In this document: positions 50,213 to 61,100 of the stretch, in pieces
Layout of the letters: each line of letters opens with the position of its first letter
Numbering within the stretch: the stretch's first letter is position 1
Origin: Nitrospirota bacterium
Lineage (GTDB): Bacteria > Nitrospirota > Thermodesulfovibrionia > Thermodesulfovibrionales > JdFR-86
Length of the DNA stretch: 64,000 nucleotides
Assembly: GCA_963721805.1 (NCBI GenBank)
Contig: CAVRJY010000004.1
Location: forward strand, 160,001-224,000
Reading direction: 5' to 3'
The notes under the pieces: model-generated
What the model was told of the DNA's origin: nothing
Seen by the model: the letters and a program-made list of their open reading frames with translations, nothing else
Database searches by the model: none
Program-made: the position numbers and the translations under genes

Positions 50213-50269
50213 TGGTGCCGGTGGTGGGAGTCGAACCCACACATGGTTGCCCATAGCGGATTTTGAGTC
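50213..50269 (-). other. 3' fragment of tRNA-Leu(CAA), probable att site of an integrated island
   Basis: gactCAAaatccgct...gggttcgactcccaccaccggcaCCA; D arm and 5' acceptor strand are absent. Confidence 0.85.
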
Positions 50270-50621
50270 GCTTCAATAGAGTTTTTAGATGTACCGTGAA
50301 GCCCCTGATTATTAAAGATAATATCATTACCAATTATTATGCCAAGACTGACAGAGGGCCTAGGGGCTAACCATCAGTAGTTCCTGCTGGGCCAGAAACA
50401 TAGGCCGGCCCAGCGTTTGGACAGTTTTGGGGCCGAATTAGGTGCACAAAACAAGGAAGGGATCACCAGTTTTGGCGGACAGGGCGTCCTCCTTGCCGCA
50501 TATTCCACCCCTCTATTGAACCACTTTTTGTCTCACATGTTTCTGAACGAGTTCAGAGCCAAAAAGGAGGCCCTTAGCGAATGCCCATTCCCGTTGCCGC
50601 CTTGTCGTATCGTTTTTTGTT

Positions 50622-51860
50622 TCACATACATTGCCCCTCTCCTTCAGGCGTTGTTCCGACCGTAATCGTTGTGCTTTCAACGGCATTGGCGCTAGTGTTG
50701 ATAATCGACACCGAGTTGCTGCCGGCATTAGAAACATATGCGAAGCCCCCGGAAGGGCTTACCGATACACCGACAGGGGCGAGTCCGACAGAAAGCGGTA
50801 TGCTTATGGCGTAGCTGCTGGTATTGATAACGGATACCGTGCCGTCCCCGGAATTAGTCACGTAGACGTAGGTGCCAGCCGGATTAATCGCAATTCCCCT
50901 TGGACTGCTGAAGCCAACAAGCGTATGGAAGATGGTATTGGTGCTTGTGTCAATAACCGATACCGTGCCATTGTTGTAATTGCCCGTATAAAGATAAGTT
51001 CCGTCCGGATTTATGGCTATCCCGATAGGGCCTGCGCCGACAGAAATCGGAGAACCGGCAACCGTGTCAGTGCTGGTGTCTATTACAGATACCGTGGAGT
51101 CGTCGTAATTGCTTACATAGACTAGGGTGCCTGCCGGGTTAACCGTTACCCCACTGGGAGAGTTGCCGACCGTAACCGTGTTGATAACGGTGTAAGTGGC
51201 AGTGTCCACGACTGACAGCGTACCGTCGTCCACATTGGTGACATAGGCGCGGGTGCCTGCCGGATTTATGGCTACCGCCCTGGGAGAGTTGCCGACCTTA
51301 ACTGTGTTGACGACCTTGTCGGTGTTGGCGTTTATGACTGTCAGCTTGCCACCGTCGGCATAATGGGTGATATAGACAACATTTAGTGCAGGGTTAACCG
51401 CTACTCCCCAAGGCGAAGAACCGACATTAATCGTGTCGACAACAGTGCTGCTGATGGTATCTACAACAGACACCGTACCATCGTCCGCGTTTGGGATGTA
51501 CGCAAACGGGCCGGAGTCACAGTTGACGGCAATGTCTGTCACATTGGCGTTGCTTATCGTGCCTTTGCCGCCACTGACATAGCAATGCTGGCCTGACGGC
51601 TGAGTGCGGACTGAGACAGAGTATGCAGCACCGTTAGAATGCGTGTCTGCAAATGTGAAAGCGCCATTTGTCGTTATGTTGAGGTTGTCGCTCCCGTTGT
51701 CTTGAAGCACCAGTGTGCCACTAAGCCCGCTAACCGTGCCGCCAACTGTATGATTGCCACCAGAGCCGCCAGAGCTACTAGTGCCACAACCCACAAGGCA
51801 TAAAGAGAGTATCAGCCCCCACAGAAGCAATAACAAGCGCGCAAGGTTCTCCCTAGACAT
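50622..51860 (-). CDS. YVTN/YncE beta-propeller repeat lipoprotein
   Basis: Lipobox LVGC; repeated AYVTN..DGTVSVIDT...VG..P units. Confidence 0.88.
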   Translation of the reverse strand: MSRENLARLLLLLWGLILSLCLVGCGTSSSGGSGGNHTVGGTVSGLSGTLVLQDNGSDNLNITTNGAFTFADTHSNGAAYSVSVRTQPSGQHCYVSGGKGTISNANVTDIAVNCDSGPFAYIPNADDGTVSVVDTISSTVVDTINVGSSPWGVAVNPALNVVYITHYADGGKLTVINANTDKVVNTVKVGNSPRAVAINPAGTRAYVTNVDDGTLSVVDTATYTVINTVTVGNSPSGVTVNPAGTLVYVSNYDDSTVSVIDTSTDTVAGSPISVGAGPIGIAINPDGTYLYTGNYNNGTVSVIDTSTNTIFHTLVGFSSPRGIAINPAGTYVYVTNSGDGTVSVINTSSYAISIPLSVGLAPVGVSVSPSGGFAYVSNAGSNSVSIINTSANAVESTTITVGTTPEGEGQCM

Positions 51861-52114
51861 AGCCACCCCTTCAAAGATGCATAAAGGCCGCATCAGAAAT
51901 TCCGTTGAAGTCCTAAGGACTCCTTCTAGCATCATATTCTTTAGACTGTTTCTTTAAGTCAGGATTCCGTTAGAGCGCTTTTCCAAGATGGCGCCAGCTC
52001 TTTTGCCATCAGTATAGCCGGCACCTGGCCGATACCGTGCACGAATCTGTTCATGCACGGTATCGCAGCCTTGGTGCCATGCCGTTTGATGGTCCACTTA
52101 TCCTCTCGTGCGCC

Positions 52115-55100
52115 TCACCAGGTGATGCTCAACCCGCCCGTCCCGGAATAACTGTAACCGGCACTTGCGTAGTCGTAGTCGAAATTCCCGTACAGCGACA
52201 GGTGCTTGCCGAGCGCCAGGTTTATGCCGACGTTAGAGCGCAAGGAGTCAGCTGGCGGCCGGGCCCCCTGGATCACGAAATCGAACCCGGGCGCTGAAAT
52301 GAACGAACTCTTCATCGACCGGTCACGGTCGAATTCGTGTGCCCAATCGGCGCGCACTAAACCCGACAGGGCCATGCCATGAGGCAGGTCCGTTTTGGCC
52401 TTTAACTGAGCTCCGAGATGACTCTGCAAGGAATTGATCGTGCGGCTATCGTATGACAGGCCGAGCTCGCGAGCCCCTCCCGCCCCAGTCTCCGTGAAGT
52501 CATCGACGTTCAACGATGCGAACTGCAATCCGGCAAAGGGCGTTATCTCAAACGGCTTGATCTGTTCTTTATAACCCGTCTCGAAATTGCCGCTTACGGA
52601 ATAGCCGTTGAACTCCCCGTTCAGATTGTTACTGACGCCCGGGATCGATGCCTGACGACTCTCGTGATTGTCGAAATTATCGTATGCGAGGTCAGCGGTG
52701 GCGTAAAGGTGCTCATACCTTAAAGCTCCATATCCCCCAACGTGCCACGCATCCGCGCTGCCGCTCGTATCGCGGTCAGGCACACTGAAGGTGAAATGGC
52801 TGTTACCGCCGGCGATGCCGGCAATAATGCTCGGCGATACCTGGAAGTCAAGGCCCATATTGAAACCGCTGCCATGCTGACTGGTATCGGCCGCTCCAAC
52901 ATGCGAGTCCCCTTTATAGTCCGAACCGCCTTCGTATCCAGATGACCACATCCTCCAGTTGCGAGGAGATTGCTGCGGCACACTAGCTGAGTCGGTCGCG
53001 GAATCATTCGGGATGTATTGTGCGTACAGCAAATCTTTATCGCCCGACAAAGAATAACCGCTGGGATCTTTCGGATCGCCAGATACCCAGTAGTTAACCC
53101 GATGTGCGATCGAGGTGTGAAAATACTTGTCTGACAAAAAATCTGCCTGTTCAACCGCTGAAACTCCTTCGCCCGAAAGCGAATCGTAAACCAGCCTAAG
53201 CGTCTCCACGTTCGGGATATAGAACAGCTCGGTTGCGATGGGCCGGAAAGCGGGAGACGTCTGAGCGCGCTGAATCCGGTTGATCGCTGAACCGACCGAG
53301 CGCTCGTTTTCCGTCAGGCCCGCAGGCGAATAATCAATCACAGTATTCAGGTCGATGTCTCTCTCGCCCGGGTAGACCAGCGAATAGGTCGCAACCGCTG
53401 TATTCTGCGCCTGCAGAGTTAGTCCATCGTGAGTCTCGCCGCCCGCCGCCGACACCAGAATGTAGTTGTGAGTGCCAGGCAACGCATACCCCGGGGCGGT
53501 CGTCGGGTCGATCAGGTTAATGACTACCGAACCGGAAACATCGGCCGTACCTGTAGCGTTAATACGATCGGTAATCCGGTTTTTCAGGTCGAGATCGACG
53601 CCATATACGGCATTAGCTGTCTGGACGAGGTTCCCGTTAAGGCGGGTCCTGAGCACGCGCTGGAAAGCGCCCGGCGACAGCAACCCCTCGTTCGTCAGCG
53701 TATTGCCTTGGCCGAGATATACGGTGGCGCCTGAATCAAATATCGCGTTCGCATTGTTGTCGAAGGGGTTTGCACCAGTGCCCAGATCCACCGAGCCAAT
53801 GACCAGGCCGTTGTTGCTGATGTGATCGCTGCCGGTGGTGCCGAGGATGGCGAACCCGTCGATGCCCTGCACCGTCGTAATGATGCCGTCGTTGTTGAGC
53901 TGATTATCAGCGCCGCCCAGGATAGAGACGCCGGCGCCCTGTCCGCTGCCGCCATAGACAATGCTCTGCTGCAGCGATGACGCATTGCTGATGTCGACAG
54001 TTATGTCGCCGCCCCCATTGGAGCCGGACGACTGCGCAACGATTCCGATGCTGTCCGCGCCGGGTGCTATGATATTGCCCACGCTGTTGAGAAACACTGC
54101 CCCGCCCGTGCCCGCACCGCCAGCCGTGCCCATGAAGATGTTGTCAACGGCACCCCCTCCACCCCCGATGCTCTGGACGAGCACTCCGATAGAGCGGTCA
54201 CCGTAGACCGTTACATCGCCAGTCTGGTCGATATGGATGTCGCCACCGTTGCCGCTGTTGCCGGAATTGAGAGTCAAGGCGATCTGGCTGGGGTCCATGT
54301 CAGTGAACACCGCTCCACCACCGCCGCCGATGGATTGCACGACCATTCCGTAGGACAACGGACCATAAGTAGTGACATTGCCTATGTTGGAAAGAGTGAT
54401 GTTGCCGCCATTGCCGGAGGTGCCATTCGTGCCGCCAATAGCAATTTGAACGCTGTCAAGCCCCGTCAATGTCATACTTCCGCCGCCACCGCCGATGCTT
54501 TGAAGCATCAACCCCTGAGCCTGCGCGCCGGTTGTGCTCACGTCGCCCGCGTATGTCAAGTTCAGGTTGCCGCCATTGCTTGAGGTCCCATTGACCGCAC
54601 CCAGGCTCGCGGTGCTGGTGGCCAGCGCCGGAGTCATCGCGGTGAAGGAATGTACGGCCGGCGCAATCATCGGCTCTGGGCCGGTGGAAAGCACCGCAGC
54701 CGTCATGGTTGTAGGACTGACGCTCGGCGCAATCCTCGGTGCCGGGACGGTGGCTTGCTCCGCGGTCGTCACGGTGGTGGGATTGACACTCGGCGAAATC
54801 CTCGGTGCCGGAACGCTGGCTTGCTCCGCAGTCGTCGCGGTGGTAGGATTGACACTCGGCGAAATCCTCGGTACCGGAACGCTGGCTTGCTCCGCAGTCG
54901 TCGCGGTGGTAGGATTGACACTCGGCGAAATCCTCGGTGCCGGGACGGTGGCTTGCTCCGCAGGAGCCGGAACCCGGCTCACGTCGACCGTCAGGCTGCC
55001 TCCGCCTCCGCCAATCGATTGGACCGTGGACCCCGTAGACTGGTCGCCCGCGGTGCCGACATTGCCGGTGCGATTCTGAGTCACGCTGCCGCCGCTGCCG

Positions 55101-58100
55101 TTGGAGGAATTCGTCACGCCCAAGGCGAGTTCGAGGTTAACGTTAGCATTGCTATCCACTACGACATTCGATGTCGTGTTGCCGCCGCCGCCGCCGACAG
55201 ACTGCATCAGTGAACCCAGCGACTGCTTGCCACTGGTAAAGAGGTCACCGAGTTGTGTCGCGGAAATGGCGCTGCCGATCGCATTCTCCGCCGCGGTGGC
55301 GCCAAGTTTGATAAGAGAAGTCACCTTCGCCATCGTTGTCTCGCTGGTCCCGGGCAGTTCACTGCCATCGGGGGCGAACTGCGCAGCATGCTGGCTGAAA
55401 TCGAGGAAGAGATCCACGTTGCCGCCGCCGCCGTTTATCGACTGACCCAGCTGCGCCGTGCTGTTGTTGCCAAGCATTTGGATGGTGCCCGTGGAGTTGA
55501 TGATCACGGTTCCGGCCGTGCCCTTTGAGCCGCCACCCAACAGGGTTGAGATGCCTAGATCAGCCGCCATCCAGGCGGGGCTTGTAATGGAGTAGCCCAT
55601 TTTCCCGCCGCCGCCGCCCACGGACTGGGCGAAAATGCCGTAGGAGTCGTCGCCGTGGCTTATTATCGAGCCTGTATTATTGACCACCACGTTGCCGCTG
55701 TTGGCGCCGTCCCCGCCAAAGCCTCCCATCCCGATATTTAGCAGGGTCGACTGAAGGGCGGTCTGCGGATTGGCCAGGATATCGCGCGACAGCGCCATGG
55801 CCATCCCGCCGTCGCCGCCGCCGCCGCCGACGCTTTGCGCGTAGATGCCATACGCCTTCTGACCGTAGACCTCGATGGAACCGTTGTTCGTCACGGTAAC
55901 ATTGCCGGATGAGTTGCCATCGCCGCCGATACCGCCAACTGAGAATACACCGGTCTTGCCGCTTGCGGCTTGGGATGTCGTGGACCCAAGCGCCATAGAG
56001 CCCGAAATGCTCATGCCGCCGATGCCGCCACCCCCGCCGATAGATTCGGCCATGATGCCATGTGCCTTGTCGCCATATGTGGTTATCGAGCCGTCATTGG
56101 TAACTACGACATTACCGCCCGTCCCGCCGTCGCCGCCTGAGCCGCCCAAACTTAAATTGATCGAATTGGCGGTGGACGTGTCGGTTCCTATAGACTTCGT
56201 GTTGGACTTTGTTGTGCTGCCGACGCCGCCGCCCCCGCCTATACTCATCGCCAGAATGCCATAGGCATTCTCGCCCTCGGTGATTATCGTGCCGGAGCCT
56301 GCCGTGCTATTTGTCAGGTTGGAGACCGTGACGTTCCCGGCAGCGCCCCCGGTGCCGCCGGTGCCGCCGATAGCCACGGAAAAAGAATTGCCGCTACTGC
56401 TTCCTTGCACAGACTGATTAACAGATTCTACGTTACTCGCATTGCCGCCGCCGCCACCGACGGATTGAGCAAAGATCCCGACGGAATTAGCGAGTGCGGT
56501 GCCGATCCCGCCGTAATTGGTCACCGTTACGTCTCCGGCCACGGCACCACTGCCACCGGAACCTCCGACCGCGACGGCGATGGTTGTCCCTGAAGTGTCC
56601 GATTTAAAGCTATACAGATTTTCTGTAGCCACTCCGGATATGCCGCCACCGCCACCAATGCTCTGTGCCAGTATAGCGTACGAACTTACGCCATTCGTGA
56701 TGATTATGCCGGTGTTGTCGACCGTGACATCGCCACTCGTCATGCCGCTGCCCCCGTTGCCTCCGACACTGGCTGTAGCACTGAAGGCTGTCGAATCTTT
56801 GACTTTGCCTCCTGAGCTTGCCTCACCGCCGGTACCGCCGCCACCGCCAATGGACTGGGCCAGAATGCCCAGGGAACCATTCCCAGAGGTATGCACGTAC
56901 GCGCTGCTGGTCACATTGACAATGCCGCCAGTCCCGCCAAAGCCGCCGCTGCCGCCCAGGGAGACCGCGGCGGTTGGCGCCGTAAAGTAACCCAAGGTAC
57001 TGGCTGATCCACCATTGCCGCCGCCACCGCCGACGCTTTGCGCAAAGATCGCGTGAGCGCCGACACCATTTGTGATTACAGCGCCCGCCGCATCCAGCGT
57101 GACGTTTCCGGCGCTGCCGCCCTCGCCGCCTTGCAGTCCGACCGAAACGCTATATGACTGGGGCGGCGAATCCTCGCCTCCGTCCGGCGTACCCAGACTC
57201 ATGGAACTGGCAGAGCTGTTGCCGCCGCCATTGCCGAGCGATTGCGCCAGCATGCCGTAGGAACCATCTCCGTGGGTGATGACAATTCCGTCTGAGGAGA
57301 GCGTCACGTCCGAGCCGGAGCCGCCGGTGCCGCCCTCGCGGCCGAGCGAGATGCCAACCTTGCCACCATCATTGAAGGAAGTGGCCATGCTGGTCTGCGT
57401 ATTGCCGCCGCCGCCGCCGATAGACTGGGCCAGGATGCCGTAGGAGTTGCTGCCGAACGTCTCTATGTCGCCCACTTGATGCACATCGACTGCCGCGCCG
57501 TTTCCGCCATCGCCGGTGCCGCCGCCCACCGCCACGTTAAGCCCCATATTCTTCTTGTTTTTACCCTCGTAGGTGACAGCCATGTTCAGGTTGGCATTGC
57601 CGCCGCCGCCGCCGATCGACTGCGCCAATATGCCGTGGCTGCTGTCCTGATAGGTCACGATGTCACTGAAATTGGTCACGTTGGCCACGCCGGAATTGCC
57701 GCCGCTCGCGCCCGAACCTCCTATCGCTATTTGCGCCTCAAAGCCCGCGTCCGTGTTGTCGCTGCCGGCCAAGCTGACTCCGGCGATGAAATTCATACCT
57801 GCGTCGCCACCGCCGCCGCCAATGCTTGAGGCCTCGATCGCGTAGGCGCTGACACCATTCGTGATCACAGCGCCCGTCGCAAGCGATGAGGTGCCACGCG
57901 AGATCGTCGCAGATCCGCCATCGCCGCCGCCCGTACCCGAACCGCCTATCCCGAGGCTGATTGGCGAGCTCTGCTTGGCAAAAACTCCCGTCACGTTCAT
58001 GCCGCCGTTTCCGCCGCCGCCGCCGATGCTTTGCGCAGCCACGCCTCGGGCATCGTCGCCAGTGGTCATCACGGTACCATTTTGCGTTACCGAAACATTG

Positions 58101-61100
58101 CCCGCGTTTGCCCCCAGGCCGCCGTTTCCGCCAATACCGGCCACTATGGATAAATCGGTCTTGCCGCCAGAGTTTGACGAATCAGCCCAGTTGACCTCGC
58201 CGCTGACATTCATTCCGCCAGTGCCGCCGCCACCGGCGATGCTCTGGGCCATGATGCCGTGAACCCAGCTGCCTGAAGTGACTATATTTCCCGTATCGTT
58301 GACCGTGACATCGCCGCTGGCCGCGCCAGCTCCGCCAAAACCGCCGATGCCGACCGTGATCGAAGGCACGCTGCTATCCTTGTTGATGGCAAGTCCGCCG
58401 CTCACATTCAGGCCGCCGTTGCCGCCGCCGCCGCCCAGACTCTGGGCCATGATCCCGGCCGAGCTTTGTTCCTTTGAACTATCCCCTGAATCATACAGAT
58501 CGGCTGCGGCTGTCACCGTCACAGCCTTACCAATGCCGGCATTGGCGCCGAAGCCGCCGACCCCGACGATCAGAGGGGAATCGGTTACTATCCCGCCACT
58601 GACATTCATGCCGCCGTTTCCTCCGCCTCCTCCCGCGCTCTGCGCAAGAATCGCGGAATGCCCGGCTCCGGCGGCATTTATAAATCCACCGCCGGTGACG
58701 GTCACGTCGACCGTGTCGGCATTGCCGCCGCCACCGCCAAATCCGCCTACGCCCACCATGATTCCGTAGGCGTCGTTGGAAGAACTATTGAATGTAAGAG
58801 AAAGAGCTGAACTCACATCGATGCCGCCGTTGCCGCCGCCACCGCCTATCGACTGCGCTACGATGCCGTGCGAACCCGTTCCCCCCGGCACTGTGGGGTT
58901 GGCTTCGATTGAGCCATCGAATGTTACATTAACCTTTCCCGCCGTGCCGCCGCTCCCGCCAAAACCGCCCACGCCTATCGACGCCCCCACCGATTTCGAA
59001 CCTGAACCGGAACCAGCGGAAATATCCAACGAGCCGGTCACATTGGTTCCACCGTTGCCGCCGCCGCCGCCTATCGACTGCGCGAGAAGCCCGTTTGAAT
59101 CGTTGCCGAATGTCAAAACATCGCCGGTTACGTTCAAAGACACATCCCCGGCATTGCCGCCGCCGCCGCCGAAGCCGCCGAGGCCCACACCGATGGCCGC
59201 CCCGCTTTCTCCTGTCAGATTGACCGCTCCCGTAATATCCGTCCCGCCGTTGCCGCCGCCGCCGCCGATTGACTCAGCTACGACCGCAGAGGAATGGTCT
59301 CCTAACGTGACGATCATGTTGTCTGCCGAGGTCGTCACTGTGCTGCTGACATTCCCGGCATTGCCGCCGTCGCCGCCGAAGCCGCCGAGGCCCACGCCCA
59401 GCGTGCCGCCGCCGGTCTTGCTCAAGTTGAAAGCCCCGGTCACATTCAGGCCGCCGTTGCCGCCGCCGCCACCCAGACTCTGGGCGACTATCGCGTCCGA
59501 ATGCGTGCCATAGGTCACGACGCCTCCGGTCACCTGGCTCGCGACCGAATTGCCAGCACCGCCGTTGCCGCCGAAACCGCCTATACCTACGGCCAAGCTG
59601 CCGCTCATATCGGACGCGGTGAGCGCGCCCGTCACATTGAGGCCGCCGTTGCCGCCGCCGCCGCCGAGCGACTGCGCCAGGATGCCGGCCGAATAGTCGC
59701 CGGAAGTCTGCACAAGGCCCGTGAACGTGCTGTTCACCGCCCCGGCAGCGCCTCCTCCGCCTCCAAAGCCGCCGATTCCCACGCCGACCGCGCCAGATCC
59801 CTTGGTCGACAAGGAAACATCTCCGCTGACATTGATGCCGCCATTGCCGCCGCCGCCGCCCACACTTTGCGCCAGCAGGCCGACGGAGTTGCTGTAGCCG
59901 GTCATGATGTTTCCGTTGACGTTCGAAGTGACCGTATCCGCATTACCTCCGGTCCCTGCGCTTCCACCCAAACCGAAACCCAGCGCAGCGCTCCCTTTTT
60001 GCGCAGCGGATATCGCGGCCGAGACATTCATCCCGCCATCGCCGCCGCCGCCACCAAGCGACTGGGCCACGATGCCGGACGCATTCGTGCCGTTGGTCGT
60101 CACGTTGTTATTGACAGTCAGGTTCACCGTGGAGCCGTTGCCGCCTCCGCCGCCGCTTCCGCCAAGACCGACTGCCATTGAAACGCTGGCCGCACCCGCA
60201 CCGGAAAATCCCGCTGAGACATCAAAACCGCCGTTGCCGCCGCCGCCGCCAAGCGACTGGGCCAATATGCCTCCAGAGGAATTACCCGTCGTCGTAACGT
60301 CGTCGCTCGTGGAGGCGTGGACCGCACCGCCGTCGCCGCCGCCGTCGCCGCTTCCGCCGAGACCGACAGTCACAGTACCGCTGGCTGAAGGAGCACCGGA
60401 AAGTCCCGCGGAGACATTAAAGCCGCCATTGCCGCCGCCGCCACCGATCGACTGCGCGACAAAGCCGGTGGAATTGTCCCCAAACGTATTAATCGTACCA
60501 GTCGAAGAAGCATTGACTATGCCGCCGTTGCCACCGCCTGCGCCACTGCCACCGAGGCCAACGGAAATCGCGGCGCTGGCGCTTTCTGATCCCGAAAGTC
60601 CGGCAGATACATTGTAGCCGCCGTTGCCTCCGCCGCCACCGATCGACTGCGCGACAAAGCCGGTGGAATTGTCCCCAACCGTAACAATCGTACCAGTCGA
60701 GGCAGCGTTGACGATGCCACCGGCGCCTCCGCCTGCGCCACTGCCTCCCAGGCCAACAGTAACCGCGGCGCTGGCATCCCCTGCCGCCGAAAGTCCGGCA
60801 GATACATTGAAGCCACCGTTGCCGCCGCCACCCCCGACAGATTGCACAAGAATGCCGCTGGAGTACTGGCCGGACGTAATCACATCAGATTGAAGGTCAG
60901 CCGTGGCCGCTCCACCGTTGCCGCCACCGCCGCCACTGCCGCCAAGTCCAACGTTTACCGCCCCTCCTGCATCACCGGAAATGGCGATCCCGGCTACGAT
61001 GGAGTAGCCACCGTTGCCGCCGCCGCCGCCAAGCGACTGCACCAGGATTCCCGTGGAACTGTCGCCCGATGTGCGGATGGTTCCCGCACGCGTAGTGGCC

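Noticed and set aside
50213..50300. Functional tRNA-Leu gene
   Set aside because: The sequence stops matching inside the anticodon stem; the D arm and 5' acceptor strand are missing.
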